DNA of 64,000 nucleotides, taken from assembly GCA_051294375.1 (NCBI GenBank), contig CM119270.1, positions 15,988,111 through 16,052,110 on the forward strand, written 5' to 3'. This DNA comes from Paraspadella gotoi (lineage: Eukaryota; Animalia; Chaetognatha). Made by a program: the position numbers and the translations under genes. The stretch's first letter is position 1; each line of letters opens with the position of its first letter. Of the stretch, positions 54,761-64,000 are shown piece after piece. The notes under the pieces were generated by a model that was not told the DNA's origin, did not search any database, and worked only from the letters and a program-made list of their open reading frames with translations.

Positions 54761-55489
54761 TTTCTCCATACGCATGACTTGCGCCTTTTTTTTTCTACTT
54801 GCTCATCAATGGGCACCAATTCCGTCAAAAAGTGAGTGAAATCAAAACTTTACCTTCCTTTCTCAGCCCCCATCAAATCGATAACCTTACCATTTCCCCG
54901 AGAGAACTCATCACTCCAAGATCCACAGATCCACTCGCAGCAATCTCCCTTTTTTTTTTTACGCTTCGTTCGTCTCGCTCCGCGCTTTTTGAAGCACAAT
55001 CTCGCCAAATCACGGACAAGCTGCGAGTTCGGTTGACAAATAGTTGACTATATTAAAAGCAGCCAGTATGAAAAATCATTATGCCACTGGTTTAATTTGT
55101 ACCACCTTATGCTTAACCCATAGCCTCTGTGCAAAATGTAAACTAACTAGGTATATATACGTTTTTTCATTTTCTGTTAAAAGAAAAAACAAGGAACATC
55201 CTCAATATCATGAAGAATAATCATGGATAAATAATAAATAGAAGACTTAATATCATATACATTACATCCTGTTTAATAACGGAAATATCATAAATATCTG
55301 CATTAAAGACGTCCTGAAATCTGAGAGAAGTCTGAATAACGCAAGTTATAAGTTCTGAATATTATGAGGTTCTTGTGATAGAAGTTTCCGAAAATCGTGA
55401 GTGAAGTCGTGAACGAATTTCTGAAACTCAAAAATCTTTTTGTCCTTCAGAACGTCAACTTAAGGTCTTTTTCAGATTAAAAAGGAGAA

Positions 55490-55895
55490 GGGAGTGCAGA
55501 GAGAAGCCGAAAGAGATGAGAAAGTGAGAGGGGAGAGGAGAGAGAAAAAGATGAGAATGGGAGGGGCGAAGAGAAAGAAACGGAGAGATGAGAGTGAGAG
55601 GCGAGAGGATAGAGGAGAGATGAGAAAGTGAGAGGGGAGAGAATAGAGGAGAGATGAGAAAGGGAGAGGGGAGAGAAGAAAGGAAGAGATTGAGAAAGTG
55701 AGAGGTGAGAGGATAGAGGAGAAATGAGAAAGAGTGAAGAGGGAGAGATAGAAGGAAGAGATGAGAGAGGGATGGCAGGGGGGGGAGAGAAGAAAGGAGA
55801 GATGTGAAAGTGAGAGGCGAGAGGATAAAGGAGAGATGAGAAGGGAGGGGGGAGAGAAAAAGGGAGATGAGAAAGGAAAAGGGGAGGGGGGAAGA
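55490..55895. repeat. Purine-rich degenerate ~30 bp tandem repeat
   Basis: Recurrent gagatgagaaagtgagaggngagaggatagag. Confidence 0.8.
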
Positions 55896-56379
55896 CAAAA
55901 TAACTTCCTATATTAGAGATTATAATCATAATGCACAATAGGGATTTCGATCCCTTAACACATTACAAAGAAACACAATACATTACATTACGAGACACAC
56001 ATTGCACGAGTGTAAAGGCGAAAGCGAGTGAACGGGCGTTGCCCTTGGTTCTTTCTTCTTAGTTTTTTCGCGGGAATCACTTTTTTACGCTGTATGCCCC
56101 TACGTGGTGTCGTCGTCTCTCATGCTGGTCGTCGTATTCATCGTCATCGATTCAGCGGCACTGACTTCTGTCGTCAAACCTTGAACGCTTTTAAAAATAT
56201 GCCTTGGTCGACCGCGAAGCCTAAGCAAATTCGGCTTCGTCGTCGTCGTCGTCGTCGTCGTCTGTCGTCGTCGTATTGAATTTATTTCATGCCCACGCCC
56301 ACATCTTTCGGTTGGCAGGGGGGCGACGACGAAATGCGCGGAAAGCACCGAATGACGGGAAGCAAATGGGAATGATGAA

Positions 56380-56870
56380 AGGAAGCGAAGATGCAAACAG
56401 CGCCAAAGCAAATGATTTAATGGGAAAAAGCGAGGCAGAGCGGGAAAATGCAAGCTAAGCGGTCAAAACATCGATAAATTGTGAATAGCGAGAAGCAAGC
56501 AGGGTATGCAAAGGCACGGCAGTTCTGTCTCTCTGTAGCATGATCAAATGGGAAAGCGAGCGGAGATGCAAGCAGCGCCAAGCAATGATTAAATGGGAAA
56601 AGCAAGCAAGGGAATGAAAGCAGCGCCGAGGCAAATGATTAAATGGGCAAAGCGAGCGGAGATGCCAACAGCGCCAAGCAAATGATTAAATGGGAAAGCA
56701 AGCAATGGGATGAAAGCAGCGCCGAGCAATGATTAAATGGGAAAGCGAGCGAGATGCAAGCAGGCGCCAAGCCAATGATTAAATGGGGAGGAGAGAAAGC
56801 AGCAGATAAAGCAGCGCCGAGAATGATTAAATGGGAAAGCGAGTGGAGATGCAAGCAGCAGCCGAGCGTA
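56380..56870. repeat. ~45 bp minisatellite with alternating variants
   Basis: Recurrent gcagcgccaagcaaatgattaaatgggaaagc followed alternately by gagcggagatgcaa or aagcaa.ggga.tgaaa. Confidence 0.85.
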
Positions 56871-57029
56871 TGTGAAAGAGCGTGGGGAAGCGTAAAAGCT
56901 GAAGATGAAAACGAATGAATCGAGTACGTAATGCGTGGGGGCGGAGGGGGGAGTGAACTCCGAGTAATTAGGGAGGAAAATGTTCCGTGAGTAATGAGAA
57001 TGTAAAGTAATGGCAAATATATGAAATGG

Positions 57030-57435
57030 ATAAATGAAATGAGATGAATAATGAATGAATGAATGAATGAATGAATGAAATAAATTAATTGATTAATAAA
57101 TGGAAGAAAAGATTAATTAATTAAATAATTAAATTAATTAAATTAATCAAAATTAATTGATTAATAAATTGAAGAAAAATTAAATTAAATAATTAATTAA
57201 ATCATTACCATTTTCATTCTATAAATGGAAGAAAGATTATTTAATTAAATAATTAAATAAATTAAATAATTAATTAAATCATAACATTCATTCTTTCTTC
57301 ATTATTAATCATTAAATTAATGAAATAGGAAGAAGAAAGAATGAATAAATGAAATTAAAAAATGAATGAATGAATGAATGAATGATGAATGAATGAATGA
57401 ATGAATGAATCAATCAATCAATCAATCATCAATCA

Positions 57436-57466
<31 letters not shown>

Positions 57467-57625
57467 GTCAATCATCAATCATCCAATTAAACAATCAAAC
57501 AATCAATCAATTGATTAGTCAATGCAATGCATAAATCAACGGGAAGAATTAATCGGAGTTTCAAATCAAAACATCCAATCAAATCAAATCAAACGCAGTC
57601 AAACCAATCAATCAATTTCAATCAG
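57030..57625. repeat. Compound microsatellite (AATG)n/(TAAT)n/(AATC)n
   Basis: Seen directly. Confidence 0.9.
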
Positions 57626-57849
57626 AGTCGCTCTTCCAGTGTCTCTTTTATATCTTTCTTTCATCTTTTCAAGCTTTCCCTCGTCGGTCGCGAAGCTGTT
57701 TGTTCCAAACAGTTGAGGTCAAGACGAAAATTCTTTAATCTTGACTTACTTTGTTTTATTCAAGGAGAGAAAAAAAGGAAGAGAATTAAGAAAAATAAAT
57801 AAATATTATTATTGGTCGTTTCCACCGAGTGTTTGCGGAAAAGGAAACC

Positions 57850-58880
57850 ACTCGCAACTTCCCTATTGGCCATTTCTTGCCACTTGCCAGTCGCCTCCTC
57901 AAAACCGTGCCCACATTGTCTCATACAACTCACCTCTCACCATTGGCAACTTTCGCTGCCTCGCCACTCGTTCACTACTTGCCTATAGAAATCCTCAACC
58001 TCCTTGCACCACTTGCCACTTATTGTCATTCGCCTCTTTGCTAATCGTCATTCGCAACTCGCCACTAAGCGACTGCCCACTCGGCCACTCGCCACGTCGC
58101 GCCACTCGCCACTTATCGCCACTCGCGCACTTGCCATAACACGCACTCACTACTCGACCACTGCCACTGCAACACTTTACACTCAACACTCGCGCTCCCC
58201 GCTACTTGCCACTCTGCAAGTCACCTCTCGCCATTCGCATGAACTTCGCCACTAGCCGACTAGCCACTCGCACTTGCCACTTGCAACTCGCTCCACGTTG
58301 GCCACTTGCCTACTTGCCAATTAACCCTCGTCTCACTTCGACCAAAAAAGGAGAGGCGTTAACCTGGAGGCCTTTTTCAAATATAACATTGTGGCCTCCC
58401 GTCCTCTCGCCACTGGACCCTGCCTTTCCGTCTCTTGCCACTTGCCAACTTGCTCGACCTCGCACAACTTCGACCCTCCCACTCGCCGTGCTCTCGCCCA
58501 CCTACGAGCCACTTGCTACTCACCCACTCGCCACTTTCGCAGCAGCTTTCGCACACTCGCCACTTGGCCTCTCGCCTACACCTCTCGCGCACTTACGCTC
58601 ACTCATCCACTTCGCCACTCGCCACTCACCCACTCGCCTCACCTCCGGTCACTCGCGCACTTCCTATCGCGCATCGCCTCTCTCGCCTACGCCTTCTCGC
58701 TACTCGCACTCGCCACTCCCACTTGGCCTCTCGCCTACGCCTCTCGCTACTCGCCACTCGCCACTCGCGCAGCTTGCCACTTCCAGCCACTGCGCCACTG
58801 CGCCACTTGTGCCACTTGCCACTCTGCCACTTGCCAACTTGCCAACTTGCCACTCCGCCACTCGCCAACTCGCCACGACA
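57850..58880. repeat. Degenerate heptamer array (GCCACTY)n
   Basis: Dozens of gccactc/gccactt units over ~1 kb. Confidence 0.88.
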
Positions 58881-59588
58881 GCCGATTGATTTACAAAAGA
58901 AATGCTCCACGACAACACGATTCCACTTACAAACCAAAGGAAATTCCGCCAATAAGTCATCGACCCTTAAAGCGATAGAGAAAAATCCCACAAATTGTTT
59001 CGTTCCCAAAGTTTTCGTGTTCGTCCTGTCAATAAACCGGGAGGATGCCGTTTTCATGAGCTAATGGCACCTCTCTCTCTGTCGCTCTCCCTCTCTGTCT
59101 CTCTCGTCTGTCGTTCTCCTCTCTCTCTTTCTCACCTTTCTTTTTATTTTCTTTCTCTCTTTTTCTCTCTCTCTCTTCTTTTCTCTCTCTTTCTCTCTCC
59201 TGTCCCCCTCTCATCTCTCTTTCCCCTCTCTCCCTCCCCTCTCTCTCTCCCTCCCTTCTCTTCTCTCTATCTCTCTCTCTCCGTCCTCTCTTCTCGTCTC
59301 TCTCCTCTCCTCTCTCTTTTGTTAAGAACCTTTGTTTGTTTCCCAAATTCTCAGTCCCCAAATGATGATTCTCTAACTGATCGACTTAGATTGAAAATGA
59401 GGCACAAAATCTTGGTGCTTAATCGACGCGTTCTGATAATCGTGGAGGCGAAAATTACGCAATCGCTTACCCCGCTGAAAAATAGTAAGCAATCAAATCA
59501 AATAATATAAATATTTATTGCAAATATTTTCCCTCTATCATTTTAAAAAACGCGCTATAAAAATATTATTTATAGTCATTTATCTTTT

Positions 59589-59726
59589 GGGTTAAGGCCT
59601 TCATCACTCTTACAAGATAGTAAAATAGCAGGTCGGTAGCAGGTCGCGCTGCAAGCTTTCGGTCAAAAGAACTTCAACAGTCTCAGTTCATGATTTGTTC
59701 CCAGTAACCTGGCTTCTCTAATCAAT
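59589..59726 (+). repeat. Dispersed repeat family A, copy 3
   Basis: ttaaggcct.catcactcttaca.gata...ctgcaagctttc...acagtctca...cccag..acctggcttc.ct.atcaat matches the reverse complements of copies 1 and 2. Confidence 0.72.
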
Positions 59727-59904
59727 GAAGTGTATAAGATATTTCAAAGAATGTGTCCAATTGTATTTTATGTTGTGTTTTTAGTTATGGATGTTATGTT
59801 AATGTTATGTCATGTTACATCACATGTTGTGTTATGTGCGTTGAGATATCGTTCTCACATCGTTCGAACTAAAGTGATCAGTGATATTTTCTCTACAGTA
59901 AAAT

Positions 59905-60420
59905 AATTTTCTTCTTTTCTTTCTTTTCTTTTTCTTTTCTTTTTCTTTTCTTTTCTTTTCTTTTTCTTTTTCCTTCTTTTCTCCTTTCTTTTTTCTTTTT
60001 CTTTTTCTTCCTTTTTCTTTTTTTTCATTTCTTTTCCTTTTTTTTTTATTTCTTTATTTTTTTTCTCTTTCCTTTTCTTTTTTTTGATTTTATTTTATTA
60101 TTTTTTTTCTTTTCTTTTTTCTTTTTCTTTTCTTTTTCTTCTTTTTCTTTTTCTTTTTTCTTTCTTCTTTTCCCCTTTTTCTTTTTCCTTTTCTCTTTTC
60201 TTTTTTTTCCTTTCCTTTCTTTCCTTTCTAATTTCTTTCTTCCTCCTTTCTCTCACTCTCTCCTCTCTCTCTCTCTTCTTTTCTCTTCTTTTTTCTCTTC
60301 TCCTTTCTCTTCTCTTCTCTCCCATCCTCCATCGTCCCACATCCATCTCTCTCTCGTCCTCTCTCTCTCTCCTCTCCTCTCTCTTCTCGTCCTCTCTCTT
60401 TCTTCTCTTTTCCTCTTCGT
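59905..60420. repeat. Polypyrimidine low-complexity tract
   Basis: Seen directly; a similar CT tract lies at 59070-59320. Confidence 0.9.
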
Positions 60421-61869
60421 GATCTGAAGAAAGGCCCGCGTTTGAAAACGAAAAATGATTAAAACCTCAGAGACAAATGAAGAGAAAAAATATTAAAAAA
60501 GAGAAAAACGGGTGTGTTGAATTTTCTTCTCTTCCCTTCCTCCCTCTCCATCAACTCCGTCTGCTCTTCTTCTACGCCCTCTCTCTCTCACCGGTCTCTC
60601 TCTCTCTCTTCTCTCCCCCCTTTGAGAGAGAACAACGAATATGCCTATTGGAATAGATCATGGAGTATTTAGAGAAACAGAATCTCTCTCAGTATCTCTG
60701 GTCTCTCTCGCATGGGGTCTTTTTCTGATTCGGGTTCACTTTTCTGAAGTCTCTCCGCGTTTCAATTGGAAAACAATAAAATGAAATTTATTAGGCACAT
60801 AAATTAATTATTTCGGGTAATGTATGAGTATGGAGTATCACAGTTATGTAATGTGTATGTAACTGTAATTGTATGGGTAAATGTATGTATGTTTCGTTGG
60901 GAGGAAAAAGTCGGTGCATATTTATTTGAATAGTAATTACAAGNNNNNNNNNNNNNNNNNNNNNNNNNGAGAGAGAGATTTTTCTTCAAGCTGGATACAA
61001 GTTGGAAGTCAAGTGCATCCTTCAGCAAACTGGAAATCCTCTCTCTAAGAGGAGATCTTCCGTTTTTCTTCAAATCATTTCTCTTTCTCTGTTTCTTCTT
61101 TTTCTTTCTTTTTTTGTTTATTATTCTTGATAATTTTTTACCCTTTTCGTCACTATTTTGAAACGCTTTTCCACTTTAATACCCCTCCAATTATATTTTT
61201 GTTTAATTATGCTACCTATCTATATTTTTGTTACTTGTACAATTAGCGTTGACTCATTAAAGGTCAAGACCTCGTCTATAATTAAGAAAAGATTCCTGGA
61301 AAAGACGCTTCCAAAAAAAGCCTTTCTATTTACTCTCACAACTTCCCTTAAGGCTGACCCGACTTTCCTTGCAGCTAACTTACCTTTCTCGACACTCGCT
61401 CACTCACTCTCCCTCTCTCACAACCCACTCCCTCTCCATCTGCCTCTCCTTTGTCATTATATTCCGCTCAAAAAAAAAAGAAGCGAGAGCGAGCTCGAAC
61501 GAGACAACCACCGCCAAGAAAAACCGTGACTCGATCCTCGCTCACCTTTCCTCTTCCCCCCCCACTTTCCTCGCGATCCCTTACCGACCGAAAACCGCGG
61601 GTCCTGATCAGAAAGAAACAATGGGATCGTTTTTATCGCCCATTCCACTCGCGACCCAACCCTGTCGGCCCCGCCGAGTCCGAAGGGGGACGATTGGACG
61701 CAAACTGTTTGGTTGAATCGACCAATTAACGGCAGATACAGAACATTATCTCCCCCTATTCATTATTCCGGTGGTGGCAAGAGAGAGCGGAGAGAGAGGG
61801 GGGGAGAGAGAGAGAGAGAGAGGGGGAGATAGAGAGAGCGAAAAGGGAGAGAATTGGAAGGGAGAAAGG

Positions 61870-61917
<48 letters not shown>

Positions 61918-62014
61918 AGATCGCCCGCCCGGGTCAATGAATTGGAACGTGAAGACTATCTTCTTGTGTTTTCCGTCAATGTGGTCGCTCTCTCTCTTTC
62001 TCTCTTTCTCCCTT

Positions 62015-62052
<38 letters not shown>

Positions 62053-64000
62053 ACAATGAGAGAAAAAAAAAACCACTTTCCCTAGCTAGACCTCGCNNNN
62101 NNNNNNCCTACGAAAAAGAGAAATAAAGAGACATTGGAATTAACAGAAATATAATGGTTTATTACTGCGTATGAATGGGTATAATGCTACGGGCTACTTC
62201 AATGAAAATCAAGTACAAAGATATGAGTAGGTTTGCGATAAGTACAAGTGGGTTTCTTTCGTTGTTTTTTTTCTGTGTGAGGGTATTTTTTTAAAAATTA
62301 TTTTATTTCAAGTAGAATCACTGGTCGGAGTGGATGGAAGGATTCGTGGTTGGGAGGGTGGAGGAGAAAGGGAGGGGAGGAAAGAAGAGAGGGAGGAAAA
62401 GGAAGAGAAAGAGGGGTGGGGGGGGAGAAAAGAGGGAAAGGGACGGAAAGAGAGGATTTGGTTCAAAAAGCGAAAGCGTCAACCAAACAGCGTTACAACA
62501 AATTTGTTTGTCATAAGTCGAATGTATACTGTTTTAAAAATGGGAAATGAAAGATACGACGGATCATGTGACCAAGATAACGAATGCTGTTTCTTTTTAT
62601 GTCAAAAATTAACAAAAACGCATCATAATTGGGAGCTACATTTTTATCGGAACATAAGGAATCTTCTATGTAGCTGTATTTAACCGTTTTTTTTTTTGCT
62701 TTAATACTGAGTTAATTTCCGCCTTGTAAACAATGCCATCCCCAAAAGATTTAATCACAAAAAAAAAAGAATAAATAATTTCACTTCAACACTTTGCCAT
62801 AATGTCGAACCGGATGGAAAAAAATCTCGAATAAAGAAATTGTTAAATTGTTAATACAGTAAAATTTTAAAATCCCCTTTTCATTGATTGTCATTCACGA
62901 GTCTAATACGAAGAAGCAAAGCCAAAAAAAATTGCCGGAAGGGGGCGGGCGTATGGAGAGGGAAGGGCAGTTGGGGAGGAAATCGTTAGATTAGTTTTTC
63001 TGTATTCTATTCTAAACTATCCGACTGGTCTATAGGATCCAAATAAACCGCTTTTTTTTTTCTTCTTTATCACCCAACTCCTCAAAACCCCAGGATATAA
63101 AGTTCGTCAAGACTTGAGAGAGATATATATTTACACGATCCAACTGAGCATTTCGGCGTTAATCATTTTGTCAGTTTTGCTCTCTAATTATGTCAGTTTA
63201 TTCGCGTCAATAGTTTTCTTTTTTTTTTGTTTTGTTTTTAGATTGTTGTAGAAATGAGTAAAAAGAAAAAATTATTATTTTTTTTTGGAACAGCCTCCTA
63301 TAAAAAAAAAATCTCAAACTCCAGCCGTGTCGGAAAAAAAAAATCATGACCTTATGACCTTAGCGGATGAGTAAAAACTGAAAAAAATAAATTATAAAAA
63401 AAAAAGATCACGAGTATTAACAATTATATGTATATTTAAAAAAAAGAACAATGGTCACCATACGAAGGAGGAAAAAGGTTCACTGTCTACATTTAACAGG
63501 ACGGGTTATGATTGCAAACTCAAGCTTAAAATACAAATAGAAAAGCGTATTTACTCCAAATTCACGACGGATATGAATATATTTGTTTCGTTTTGGTTTT
63601 TTGAGTAAAAAAAAATGTTTTTTTTTTTGTTGTGTTTTGTTGTTTCGATACAGCACGATATGTTCTTGAGTAATGTTACTAAACTACTCCTCTTTTTAAA
63701 GATTGAACGACGACCAAGTTAAGTCATAATCATATTTTTTGAATTAATAAAAATCTTTAAAAAAAAAATAATTTTTTTTTGAAAGCCTCGATATCTATAT
63801 AATGAAAAGGAATTTGTTTGGTTACGAATAATTAGGATCAGCGCGTAAACCAATTAAAGAAAAATCGGCAGCGGCTGCCCGATTCGAACTCGCGAACTCA
63901 AGATCCGGGGACGGGACGAATCCTCAAATATTTGGGTACAGCGGGCGCGAGTTAATACGGTCGACCGCGTAAGAACGATCGCCGACAAATCGCGAAGACG

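Noticed and set aside
57741-59064. Long ORFs (195-227 aa) rich in LATRHSP
   Set aside because: They are translations of the GCCACTY heptamer array in several frames and on both strands.
63865-63925. tRNA gene (GAGTTCGAATC B-box-like, minus strand)
   Set aside because: No cloverleaf or A box; at most a SINE fragment.

Overview
Eukaryotic (metazoan, invertebrate-like) genomic DNA. The left ~35 kb is gene-dense with mostly 50-100 nt introns: MGRN1/RNF157 (minus, runs off the left edge) head-to-head with INPP5F/SAC2 (plus); a cyclin I-like gene with an intronless CDS (minus); an ASIC-superfamily DEG/ENaC channel (minus); DDX3/PL10 (minus); and an Ig-domain type I membrane protein (plus). The right ~27 kb is microsatellite- and satellite-rich with N gaps and noisy duplications, including a ~5.4 kb inverted copy of the Ig gene region, probably long-read gap-filling artefacts. 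Most notable: (1) a ~500 aa helical insertion at the knuckle position of the DEG/ENaC channel; (2) a nested structure in an INPP5F intron, where a Penelope-type minimal hammerhead ribozyme foldback is interrupted by a 247 bp solo-LTR-like element with a 4 bp target duplication, and a diverged sister element with conserved hairpins sits in a channel intron; (3) a 41 bp tandem array that multiplies a splice donor plus an in-frame 30 nt potential microexon in the Ig gene. All calls come from reading the sequence by eye; no searches were run and exon boundaries are manual.
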